A stretch of DNA of 43,143 nt from an uncultured Clostridia bacterium (GTDB taxonomy: Bacteria; Bacillota; Clostridia; Christensenellales; CAG-917), in assembly GCA_947624885.1 (NCBI GenBank), contig CANQMD010000002.1, positions 1 through 43,143 of the forward strand, in the 5' to 3' direction. Positions within the stretch are counted from its first letter, which is position 1. Each line of letters starts with the position of its first letter. Below, piece after piece: positions 32,396 through 40,135 of this stretch. The position numbers and the translations under genes are program-made. The notes beneath the pieces are model-generated. The model made no database searches and was not told the origin of the DNA. It worked only from the letters and a program-made list of their open reading frames with translations.

Positions 32396-34230
32396 TGTTT
32401 CGGCGCAAAAACTCACAACAAAAGCCCGATTTTCGCGAAAACTCGCGACATATGCCCGATTTTTGCAAAAATTCATGCAATGACGCTCCTGTAGAGGCGG
32501 GCGCGGAGATCGAAGCGACCGCAAACATGAAAGCGGGAACACCCTCAGACAATGCGAAAGTACAGGGGTCGAACTCGCGTTTTGTGACAAGTGCGGAGAA
32601 CAAAACGAACGCAAACATGAATGCGGAAATGCCCTCGGATAATGCGAAAGGGCAGAAATCGCGCTCGAGGTTTATGACGGGCGCGGCGTTGATCGCGGTG
32701 GCGAGCGTTGTGGCAAAGCTGCTGGGCGCGTTGTATCGCGTTCCGCTCACAAACATACTCGGCGCGGAGGGAATGGGCATGTATCAGCTTGTTTTCCCTG
32801 TTTTTGCGCTGTTTATGACGTTGTCAACGTCGGGCATACCCACGGCGCTGTCGCGCATAGTGTCCGAAAAACGCGCTTTGGGCGAGCCGTCGCGCAAGTA
32901 TTTTGCGATGGCGGCGATCGCGCTGATCGCGACGGGACTTGTCAGCGGCGGCATTTTGGCGGGGCTGGCGGGCAAAATCGCGGTGTGGCAGGGCAACGGC
33001 TCAACTAGGGCGGGCTACTATATCATTGCGCCTACGGTGCTGTTGGTGAGCGTGATCGCAGGCTTTCGCGGGCTGTTTCAGGGCGAATTGGATATGGTGC
33101 CTACGGCGGTTTCAAACATCATCGAGCAGGCGGTCAAACTTGGCGCGGGCATAGGGCTTGCGCTGTTGCTCAAGCCACGCGGAGTGACCGCGGCGGTGAT
33201 GGGCGCTCTGCTTGGAGTGAGCGCGTCCGAGGTGTGCGCGTTGTTGTATCTGTTTGTCACATATCTTGTGAAATGCGCAAGGCGGGAGCGCGAAACGCTC
33301 AGGTTTGGTTTGAAGGAGGCGAGAGGCATGTTCAAAATGGCGCTTCCGATTGCCGCTTCTGCCATAATCCTGCCTTTAAGTAGCTTTTTTGATAGTATTA
33401 TCCTGGTGAATGCGCTGAAATGGGGCGGAGTGGGGCAGAGCGTCGCAACTGCGCAATACGGCTTGCTGTCGGGACCTGTCAACTCGCTTGTCAACATGCC
33501 CGTGGTGCTCATCATGTCGCTTGCGGTGGTGATCGTGCCCACCGTGTCCGCCTCGCGCGTGACGCTGGATATTGACGGAGTGCTTGTCAAAAGCAGGCTT
33601 TCGATCAAGCTGGCGTATCTGATAGGCGTGCCTTGCGCGGCGTTTTTTATGGTGTTTGCGCCAAGGCTTTTGCCGACGATATATCCCGCGTTGAGCGCAG
33701 AACAGTTGGCGCTCAGCGTAAATTTGCTGAGAGTTACGGCGGCAAACATCGTGCTGCTTGCGACTATGCAGATATATGTGTCGCTGTTGCAGGCGTTGGA
33801 CAAGTCCGCATATGCGGCGGTCGCGCTGTTGACGGCGATAGTTCTCAAGGCGGCGTTGAGCGTGGTTTTGACGAGGTATATCGGCATAATCGGAGGGGCG
33901 ATCGCCTCGCTTGCAATGGCGGCGACGGCGTTTTTGGGCGCGTATGTCGCGTTCAGAAAAATTTGCGGCGTACATCTTGAAAAAAATGTTGGATTAAATC
34001 TGCTGTTGGGTGTTATAATGGGTGTTGCGGGGCTTGGGATATCCGGTCTTGTGAAAAACGACCTTCTTGCGACCGCGCTGGGAGCGCTGACGTGTGCGCC
34101 GATCTACGTTTGGCTTGCGCTGCTGTTTGGGCTGGTGAGCCGCGAGGAACTCGGCATGCTGCCAATGGGCAAGGCGCTGAAAAAACTGTACGGGGTCGTG
34201 AGATTTTGGGAGAAAGACGATGAAACTTGA
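32392..34230 (+). CDS. MurJ/SpoVB-family (YabM-like) polysaccharide/lipid II flippase; start uncertain
   Basis: The conserved membrane core begins about at FMTGAALIAVASVVAKLLGALYRVPLTNILGAEGMG and contains about 14 TM segments. The frame is open from the GTGATG that overlaps the spoVT stop. Alternative ATG starts are at 32527, 32617, 32629 and 32674. Confidence 0.8.
   Translation: MMFRRKNSQQKPDFRENSRHMPDFCKNSCNDAPVEAGAEIEATANMKAGTPSDNAKVQGSNSRFVTSAENKTNANMNAEMPSDNAKGQKSRSRFMTGAALIAVASVVAKLLGALYRVPLTNILGAEGMGMYQLVFPVFALFMTLSTSGIPTALSRIVSEKRALGEPSRKYFAMAAIALIATGLVSGGILAGLAGKIAVWQGNGSTRAGYYIIAPTVLLVSVIAGFRGLFQGELDMVPTAVSNIIEQAVKLGAGIGLALLLKPRGVTAAVMGALLGVSASEVCALLYLFVTYLVKCARRERETLRFGLKEARGMFKMALPIAASAIILPLSSFFDSIILVNALKWGGVGQSVATAQYGLLSGPVNSLVNMPVVLIMSLAVVIVPTVSASRVTLDIDGVLVKSRLSIKLAYLIGVPCAAFFMVFAPRLLPTIYPALSAEQLALSVNLLRVTAANIVLLATMQIYVSLLQALDKSAYAAVALLTAIVLKAALSVVLTRYIGIIGGAIASLAMAATAFLGAYVAFRKICGVHLEKNVGLNLLLGVIMGVAGLGISGLVKNDLLATALGALTCAPIYVWLALLFGLVSREELGMLPMGKALKKLYGVVRFWEKDDET
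32405..32495. repeat. 30-bp tandem repeat, about 2.5 copies
   Basis: GCAAAAACTCACAACAAAAGCCCGATTTTC, then GCGAAAACTCGCGACATATGCCCGATTTTT, then a partial GCAAAAATTCATGCAATGACG... Confidence 0.7.
32521..32700. repeat. In-frame 90-bp tandem duplication of the flippase 5' region
   Basis: The two copies are 32521-32610 and 32611-32700, and both start with GCAAACATGAA. The first 40 nt are about 85 percent identical. The peptides are ANMKAGTPSDNAKVQGSNSRFVTSAE versus ANMNAEMPSDNAKGQKSRSRFMTGAA. Confidence 0.8.
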
Positions 34231-35263
34231 CGAAATTTTGAGAGGCTCGTATCAACGTTACATAGCGCGTGATTTTTTGTCCGCGCATTTTTTTGACAAG
34301 CGTATCGCGCTTGTTGTGGACGGGATCGAGGACGCAAACGCGTTGCGCGAAGTCAAAGCGAAGTTGCTTGACAGTTACGGCGACGTGCCCGTGTGCGTCG
34401 AGAGCGACGGCAAGGAGCACGCGACGACCGTTGCAAAACTCGACGGCGAAGCGGATACGCTTGTCATAGAGGGCTGTCCGCTGACGGAGTGCAAGCGCTT
34501 TGGCTACGGCGATTTTGACGAACTTATGCGTCGCCTCCGCGCCGACGACGGGTGCGAGTGGGACAGGGCGCAAACCCATGAATCCATCCGGATCAACCTC
34601 ATCGAGGAGGCGTACGAACTTGTGGACGCGATCGACTCCCGCGACGCGGAAAACATACGCGAGGAGTGCGGCGACGTGCTTATGCAGGCGGTGTTTCACA
34701 CGCTCATCGCCGAGAAAAACGGCGAGTTTGACAGCTACGACATGCTGACGGAACTCTGCCGCAAACTTATTGATCGGCACACGCACATTTTCGGCACAAA
34801 TCACGCAAACAATCCCGACGAGGCTCTCGCGTTTTGGAACGAGGCGAAGAAAAAGGAGAAAAAATATACGTCCACGGCGGATTCTATGGACAGAGTGCCC
34901 AAAAATCTGCCCGCGCTGCTGTATGCGGAAAAATTGCAGAAACGCGCAAAAAAATCCGGCTTCGATTGGCAGGATCCTGAAGGCGCGATGGACAAGATCG
35001 CCGAGGAGTCAAACGAACTGAAAACCGCGGACGACGCGCACAGAAACGAGGAGGGCGGAGATCTGCTGTTTGCCGTGGTCAACGCGCTCAGGCTGTACGG
35101 AGTGGAGCCGGAAATGGCGCTTAAGGAGGCAAGCGCAAAGTTTTTGCGCAGATTCACGAGGCTGGAACAGCTTGTTGCCGAAACGGGCAAGCCTATGACG
35201 GACTACTCGCTTGAACAGCTGGACGAGTTTTGGGAAAGAGTGAAGCGAGAGGAAAGGGCATGA
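34220..35263 (+). CDS. mazG: MazG-family nucleoside triphosphate pyrophosphohydrolase (YabN-like, short N-terminal domain)
   Basis: 347 aa with two MazG repeats (EEAYELVDAI..ECGDVLMQ and ESNELKTA..EEGGDLLFAVVN). It overlaps the flippase gene's 3' end by 11 nt. The synteny spoVT-yabM-yabN matches B. subtilis. Confidence 0.85.
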   Translation: MKLDEILRGSYQRYIARDFLSAHFFDKRIALVVDGIEDANALREVKAKLLDSYGDVPVCVESDGKEHATTVAKLDGEADTLVIEGCPLTECKRFGYGDFDELMRRLRADDGCEWDRAQTHESIRINLIEEAYELVDAIDSRDAENIREECGDVLMQAVFHTLIAEKNGEFDSYDMLTELCRKLIDRHTHIFGTNHANNPDEALAFWNEAKKKEKKYTSTADSMDRVPKNLPALLYAEKLQKRAKKSGFDWQDPEGAMDKIAEESNELKTADDAHRNEEGGDLLFAVVNALRLYGVEPEMALKEASAKFLRRFTRLEQLVAETGKPMTDYSLEQLDEFWERVKREERA

Positions 35264-36189
35264 ACATCGGCGGCGTATTGCTGAAAAGCGACCTGTTGTT
35301 TGCGCCCATAGCGGGATTTTCGGACGCGGGCTTTCGCCATCTGTGCGCACACTACGGCGCGGGGCTGACCTGCACCGAACTTGTCAGCGCAAAGGGCTTG
35401 GTGTACGGAGGAAGGGGCAGCGAGGATCTGCTTTTCACCACAGCGGAAACAACTCCGTGCGCCGCGCAGATATTCGGCGGAGATCCGGAGTTTATGTTTA
35501 AGGCGGCGGCGGATGAGAGGCTGAAGCAGTTTGACATCATAGACATCAACATGGGCTGTCCCGTCAAAAAGGTGTTCAACAACGGCGAAGGAAGCGCGCT
35601 TATGCAATATCCCGACCTTGTCACGGAACTTGTTCAAGCCGTGAGAGAGGGGAGCGGAAAACCCGTCACGGTGAAGATGAGGGCGGGCATAAAGCAGGGA
35701 TATCCGCTCGCCGTGGAGTGCGCCGTCGCGGCGGAAAAGGGCGGAGCGGCGGCGGTGACGGTGCATCCGAGATATCGCGAACAGTTTTACAGCGGCGAGG
35801 CGGATCACAGCATAACAAGAGCGGTGAAAGCCGCCGTGCATATCCCCGTCATAGCAAACGGCGACATTGTGGACAAACAGAGTTTGGACAGGGTGCGAGA
35901 GGAGAGCGGCGCGGACGCGTTTATGATTGGGCGCGGCGCACTTGGCAGACCGTACATATTTGCCGAACTCGAGGGTGTGCCGTTTGAGTTTGACGCGAGA
36001 GAGGCGATAGCAAAACATGTGGATATACTCAAGCGTTACAACCCGGACAGGGTGGTCGCAAATCTCATGAAAATGCACCTGTGCCACTATGCGAAAGGCA
36101 AGGACTTTGCAAAGGCGGTGCGCGTGGCGGTGGCGCAAGCGAAATGTACGGCGGAAATATTGGAGATCGCGGACAGATTTTTCAAGTGA
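35260..36189 (+). CDS. dus: tRNA-dihydrouridine synthase
   Basis: Motifs are LFAPIAGFSDAGFR, DINMGCP and VTVHPR. I prefer the ATG at 35260, which overlaps the mazG stop in an ATGA, over the ORF-track start at 35230. Confidence 0.9.
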   Translation: MNIGGVLLKSDLLFAPIAGFSDAGFRHLCAHYGAGLTCTELVSAKGLVYGGRGSEDLLFTTAETTPCAAQIFGGDPEFMFKAAADERLKQFDIIDINMGCPVKKVFNNGEGSALMQYPDLVTELVQAVREGSGKPVTVKMRAGIKQGYPLAVECAVAAEKGGAAAVTVHPRYREQFYSGEADHSITRAVKAAVHIPVIANGDIVDKQSLDRVREESGADAFMIGRGALGRPYIFAELEGVPFEFDAREAIAKHVDILKRYNPDRVVANLMKMHLCHYAKGKDFAKAVRVAVAQAKCTAEILEIADRFFK

Positions 36190-36320
36190 CAAAGGCGTCC
36201 TCGATGAAGAGAGGCGGAATTTTGCGCCCGTCAAAGGGTTTAAGCGCGAGATCTGCAAAAGTGCGTCAAGTTGCAAAAACGGCGCTTTAACATATCAAAA
36301 TCATACGTTGAGAGGTCAGA

Positions 36321-36857
36321 ATGTTAAATATAGTGTTGGTGGAGCCGGAGATCCCGCAGAACACGGGCAACATCGTTCGCACTGCGGCGGCGACAGGGTG
36401 CAAGGTGCATCTTGTGCGCCCGCTGGGCTTTGACATAAGCGACAGAGCGCTGAAACGAGCGGGGTTGGACTACTGGAGCCTTACGGACTTTGTGGTGTAC
36501 GACAGCATTGCCGAATTTTTTGAAAAGACCGCGGGGGACAGGGCAAGCGCGGCGGACGGGTATCGCGTTGCGGACGGCGAGCCGAACTTCTACTTTTTGT
36601 CCACAAAGGCGGCGAGGCGCTATGACGAGGCGGCGTTTAAGGACGGCGATTATCTCATTTTTGGAAAAGAAACCCGTGGATTGCCCGAATGGCTGCTCAA
36701 GGCGAACTATCAAAACACCTTGCGCATCCCCATGATAAGCGAGGCGCGAAGCCTCAACCTGTCAAACTCCGTGGCGATCGTCGTGTACGAGGGTATGAGG
36801 CAACTCGGTTTTGAAAATTTGCTCACCGAAGGCCGCCTTACGGGCAGGATAGATTGA
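36321..36857 (+). CDS. trmL: tRNA (cytidine/uridine-2'-O-)-methyltransferase TrmL (SPOUT family)
   Basis: 178 aa with motifs PEIPQNTGNIVRTAAATG and RSLNLSNSVAIVVYE. It contains an internal insertion of about 20-25 aa relative to the usual length of about 155 aa. Confidence 0.85.
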   Translation: MLNIVLVEPEIPQNTGNIVRTAAATGCKVHLVRPLGFDISDRALKRAGLDYWSLTDFVVYDSIAEFFEKTAGDRASAADGYRVADGEPNFYFLSTKAARRYDEAAFKDGDYLIFGKETRGLPEWLLKANYQNTLRIPMISEARSLNLSNSVAIVVYEGMRQLGFENLLTEGRLTGRID

Positions 36858-36878
36858 AGTTGGGACAATAATTTGAAA

Positions 36879-36916
36879 GCAGGGCCATCGGCTTATTCGG
36901 TGGTCCTGCATTTTTT
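36879..36916 (+). terminator. Intrinsic terminator after trmL (left edge of the accessory stretch)
   Basis: GCAGGGCCA / TGGTCCTGC stem with one G-T pair, followed by ATTTTTT. Confidence 0.7.
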
Positions 36917-36940
36917 ACGCTGTTTTTTGACGGGAGGCAG

Positions 36941-37150
36941 TCAATAGTTGCTTTTGCCAAGCAGATAGTCGATGGATACGTTGAGCAAGTCGGACAGCTT
37001 GAGCAACGTTTCAAAATTGCACTCCCTGTCGCCGCTCTCCCAGAAGTGCACAAGGCGAGTCGACACGTGCAGCGCTTCCGCCACTTGTTTGCAGGTTAGC
37101 CCGTTTTCCACGCGCACCTCCTTAAGTCTGCTTGCAAATTTAACTTCCAT
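36941..37150 (-). CDS. XRE-family HTH transcriptional repressor (69 aa)
   Basis: Typical Cro/CI-type HTH: LKEVRVENGLTCKQVAEALHVSTRLVHFWESGDRECNFETLLKLSDLLNVSIDYLLG. Confidence 0.85.
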   Translation of the reverse strand: MEVKFASRLKEVRVENGLTCKQVAEALHVSTRLVHFWESGDRECNFETLLKLSDLLNVSIDYLLGKSNY

Positions 37151-37162
37151 ATATCAATGATA

Positions 37163-37212
37163 GAACATTTTGTTCGTTTTTACTTGACAGTGAACATTTT
37201 GTTCGCTATAAT
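37163..37212 (+). promoter_or_regulatory. Consensus promoter with two identical 14-nt operators
   Basis: GAACATTTTGTTCG occurs at 37163-37176 and again at 37192-37205. TTGACA (37184-37189), a 17-nt spacer and TATAAT (37207-37212) form the promoter. The second operator fills the spacer. AGGAGGA RBS lies at 37233-37239. Confidence 0.75.
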
Positions 37213-37248
37213 AAGTTTAACAAAATTATTTCCAGGAGGAAAATTTTT

Positions 37249-37737
37249 ATGTATGATGTAGATCCAGCAAAAGTCTTGTCGTTCGATTTTTACGAACAGT
37301 ATGAAGAGTACAAAGCAAAGTATGACGTTGTTTCCATAAACGAGAGCCTTAGGGAAAACAAAAAAACTATGTTTGCGTCACAGGCAATGCCCTATTTCGG
37401 CTATCACTTCATCAAGTGCGAGCATGAAACCGTCGGGTCGTCCGAAACAGGAGAAGACTGTGATCTCGGTTATACTATTGCTTATTTTTTCCGTGAAAAG
37501 GACATCCCTCACAAAAAGCAATTGGATGAATTGCAAAAGCAATATTGGGAATTGCTTGCGAAATGCCCCGGTCGTATAAGCAAGTTTCTCGCGATCTTTT
37601 TGTGCTTCTTGTGGATCATCCCCGGTATCGTTTATATCGTTGTTAAAACGGTGGCGAGGTCAAAGTGGAAGAAGATCATGAAAACACAGGGCGAAGACAT
37701 CTTGCGTCAAGCGCAGGAACTCAGAGCCCAAAAATAA
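37249..37737 (+). CDS. Hypothetical tail-anchored membrane protein (162 aa)
   Basis: Strong RBS. The N-terminal part is soluble and acidic. A single TM helix lies near the C-terminus (FLAIFLCFLWIIPGIVYIVV), followed by a basic tail. The region is AT-rich. I recognise no family. Confidence 0.65.
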   Translation: MYDVDPAKVLSFDFYEQYEEYKAKYDVVSINESLRENKKTMFASQAMPYFGYHFIKCEHETVGSSETGEDCDLGYTIAYFFREKDIPHKKQLDELQKQYWELLAKCPGRISKFLAIFLCFLWIIPGIVYIVVKTVARSKWKKIMKTQGEDILRQAQELRAQK

Positions 37738-37869
37738 GTATTAGTATTTTATTGCGCGTTTGCTCATCTTGAAACAGTCATGGCGTCGTGGACGACATAT
37801 TTTCCGCTCGGTATTTTTGGTGTTGCAAGCGCGCAAATCGTATATACAAAGATATTTTAGAGGTGAAAA

Positions 37870-39171
37870 ATGGATGTGAAGTCAAAATGCCCGATATGCG
37901 GCTATGTTTATGAGGGAAACACCCCCCCTGAAGTTTGCCCTATGTGCAAAAACAAGATGCAAACGCAAAAAGAAGGCGAAGCCGACCTGAGTTCGTTGAC
38001 GGCGGTCGATGTGGATACCGAGAACTACGCGAACGTCGTAAGACCGGATTCGAGTGCGCTTTGCGAATCGGTTTTGGGCAATTTGGTGGTGCTGAGATCA
38101 TCTGTGACAGCAGTGTATGAAATTCAGGAGCAAATCAACAAGTTGACAGATGAAGGGTATGCGGAATATCCTAAAATATATAACTGCGAAGAAGAAGTGA
38201 AAAACATGCAGTATGCCCTCGATAACATAGTCGGCACTCCGGACGATATTGTGGATATCAAGGAGATGTTGCTTAAAGAATTGCAAGAAAATAATAAGTC
38301 GAGCGATTCTGCATACGCATATAAGACCGAAAGAAAATTCAAATTGATCAATATTATCGGCACTATTTGCATATCTTTGGGACTTTTTGCATTGGTGTTT
38401 TTGATTTCGGCGCTCACCATAAAAGATGATATCGCTCTGAGTGCGGGAAATGCTGTGGCGAGCGGTCTGGTGCCAGGACTTGTGTACTTTTTCATCACGT
38501 TTAAACTTGCAAAGGATCATTCATATAATAAGGTGCTCTTGAATAGGAGATTGAAAAACAGGGATACCTATTTGAAGACGCAATATCAAAAGGATCTTCA
38601 AGATACCATTGAGTATAAAAAGGCAGAACTCAAAAGAATGATAAACGAAACACAAGAAAAGTCGAATCAAAGCTTACAGCATGTCGGACAGATAAGGCAA
38701 GATATCGACGCGCTCGCGCTTGAACTTAGGACCGAAGTCAACTATCTTGACAGCATATACTGCGGTATGATCCACAAGAGCGATTGGGAAAATTTGGACT
38801 ATATCATCTATGTGTTTGTCACGGGACGCGCGGACAACCTGAAAGAGGCGCTGCATTTGGTGGACGAACAGCGTAGGGCGGAGATGATCGTCAATGCTAT
38901 AGGTATGGCGACAAATTATCTTGCAAGCAATATTTCCTCAACTATTCAGTCGTTGAGGGGTGAACTTCTGATGTCTATGAAAGAAATATCCTCGAATCTC
39001 GGCAATATTCGTCACTCTATCACTGTACAGAACAAGCAGACTCAAGAGAGCATGAAGAAGATGATAGACTTGGATAAAAAGATGTGCGATTATTCTGTGA
39101 AGAGTTACGATATGATGTCAAAAATCAATGGCACAGTCAATAATATCTCCAAAAAAGATCAATCAAAATAG
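37870..39171 (+). CDS. Zn-ribbon / coiled-coil / 2-TM hairpin membrane protein (433 aa), unknown function
   Basis: AGAGGTG RBS. The N-terminal rubredoxin-like ribbon is CPICGYVYEG...CPMC. TM1 spans about aa 159-184 and TM2 about aa 195-214, separated by a 10-aa loop. Long K/E/Q-rich helical regions lie on both sides. I recognise no family. Confidence 0.75.
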   Translation: MDVKSKCPICGYVYEGNTPPEVCPMCKNKMQTQKEGEADLSSLTAVDVDTENYANVVRPDSSALCESVLGNLVVLRSSVTAVYEIQEQINKLTDEGYAEYPKIYNCEEEVKNMQYALDNIVGTPDDIVDIKEMLLKELQENNKSSDSAYAYKTERKFKLINIIGTICISLGLFALVFLISALTIKDDIALSAGNAVASGLVPGLVYFFITFKLAKDHSYNKVLLNRRLKNRDTYLKTQYQKDLQDTIEYKKAELKRMINETQEKSNQSLQHVGQIRQDIDALALELRTEVNYLDSIYCGMIHKSDWENLDYIIYVFVTGRADNLKEALHLVDEQRRAEMIVNAIGMATNYLASNISSTIQSLRGELLMSMKEISSNLGNIRHSITVQNKQTQESMKKMIDLDKKMCDYSVKSYDMMSKINGTVNNISKKDQSK

Positions 39172-39223
39172 TAAATCCGATTTGTTTGACGCAGCGCACG
39201 GATAGTTGCCGTGCGCGATCCTC

Positions 39224-39256
39224 AAAAAGGCAGGTGCCATTTCCTGCCTTTTTTTT
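39224..39256 (+). terminator. Intrinsic terminator after the 433-aa gene
   Basis: AAAAAGGCAGG / CCTGCCTTTTT hairpin followed by eight T. An 8-bp GCGCACGG/CCGTGCGC hairpin precedes it at 39194-39216. Confidence 0.8.
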
Positions 39257-39305
39257 ATATGCGGAAGGCGAGCGCGTGAGGCAAATACTTTGCGGCCTTT
39301 GTATT

Positions 39306-39392
39306 GGGGATCCTTCGACTACGCTCAGGATGACAGCGGGGGAAATGGGAACGCTTGGACAGGGGAATCCTTCGACTACGCTCAGGATGACA
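39306..39392. repeat. Two direct copies of a 30-nt element (GGGGA(A)TCCTTCGACTACGCTCAGGATGACA)
   Basis: The copies lie at 39306-39335 and 39362-39392, 56 bp apart. Translated, they give the ...FDYAQDD / VILSVVEGS-type peptides that are common in spurious ORFs over small dispersed repeats. Confidence 0.75.
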
Positions 39393-39551
39393 ACGGATTT
39401 AGATGTGAACACCTGTAAATAAAAAACGGCGCACGCTTAAGCGGGCAACAGCGGAGGTGGTGCGATAAACTGCCAGACAAAACCCGCCAATGAGTTTGCG
39501 TACGCCATGTTAATTTTTTTTTGTCAAAATATTGCAAAGTCGCCTTTCAAG

Positions 39552-40025
39552 TCACTTTTTCAGGTCAGTTCTGCCGAGAAGATAGTCGCAGGAAACATCA
39601 AAATATGCGGCAAGTTCGACAAGATAATCGAGCGAGGGCAGAGTGCCCGCGCGGATCCACTCGTATATGGAATTGGGAGCAAAACTCATGTGACGAGATA
39701 TTTCGGAATACTTTACGCCTTTTTCCTGTGCAAGCGAAGCGATCCTATCATGAAATGTGGCGGGGGCTAAAGACGGGATGAAGTCGCGCCCGCCCTCGCC
39801 AAGCAAATACATGACGGGCACTTCAAAAACGTCCGCCGCTTTGATGAGCGTGCGCAAAGAGGGCACTATGCCGTAGGTCAGCATGCGCCCGACGACATCC
39901 TTGTTTATGCTTGCCGCGGCGGAAAACTCGCCGGCGGTCATATCGAACTCGTCAAGCAGAGTTTTCAGCCTCGACCGCATAACGGCAGAGGTCACATATT
40001 TGCTTTCATTTGGTTTCTTGGACAT
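39552..40025 (-). CDS. Tandem-HTH (two XRE-like domains) transcriptional regulator
   Basis: 157 aa with two Cro/CI-like units (LLDEFDMTAGEFSAAASINKDVVGRML...LIKAADVFEVPVMYLLG and LAQEKGVKYSEISRHMSFAPNSIYEWI...LVELAAYFDVSCDYLLG). GGAG RBS. Confidence 0.75.
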   Translation of the reverse strand: MSKKPNESKYVTSAVMRSRLKTLLDEFDMTAGEFSAAASINKDVVGRMLTYGIVPSLRTLIKAADVFEVPVMYLLGEGGRDFIPSLAPATFHDRIASLAQEKGVKYSEISRHMSFAPNSIYEWIRAGTLPSLDYLVELAAYFDVSCDYLLGRTDLKK

Positions 40026-40038
40026 TTTTTTCTCCGAT

Positions 40039-40068
40039 ATTTGTCAAAATGCTATCTTTCTGACAAAT
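40039..40068. promoter_or_regulatory. Inverted repeat in the divergent HTH/SLOG intergenic region (candidate operator)
   Basis: ATTTGTCA (40039-46), a 14-nt spacer, then TGACAAAT (40061-68). An extended -10-like TGATATTAT follows at 40072-40080. Confidence 0.45.
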
Positions 40069-40135
40069 TTATGATATTATTGTTGCGTCAAACATTTAGT
40101 CAGTATTCTAGGTTGTTGATTAAAAAGGATAGGAA

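Noticed and set aside
32094-32780. Minus-strand ORFs 32094-32780 and 32159-32614 across the spoVT 3' end and the flippase 5' repeats.
   Set aside because: They are antisense to spoVT and to the repeat region, and their peptide repeats simply mirror the DNA duplications. They have no RBS and no motifs.
37163-37205. Reading the GAACATTTTGTTCG boxes as LexA (Cheo/SOS) boxes.
   Set aside because: The Firmicute SOS box is CGAAC-N4-GTTCG. Here the half-sites are separated by 5 nt, and an adjacent XRE repressor is the more economical partner. SOS control cannot be fully excluded.
39137-39422. ORFs 39137-39412 (-), 39186-39422 (+) and 39206-39418 (+) as small protein genes.
   Set aside because: They are translations of the duplicated 30-nt dispersed-repeat element (VILSVVEGS / PSTTLRMT / SFDYAQDD peptides). 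They overlap the terminator and have no RBS.
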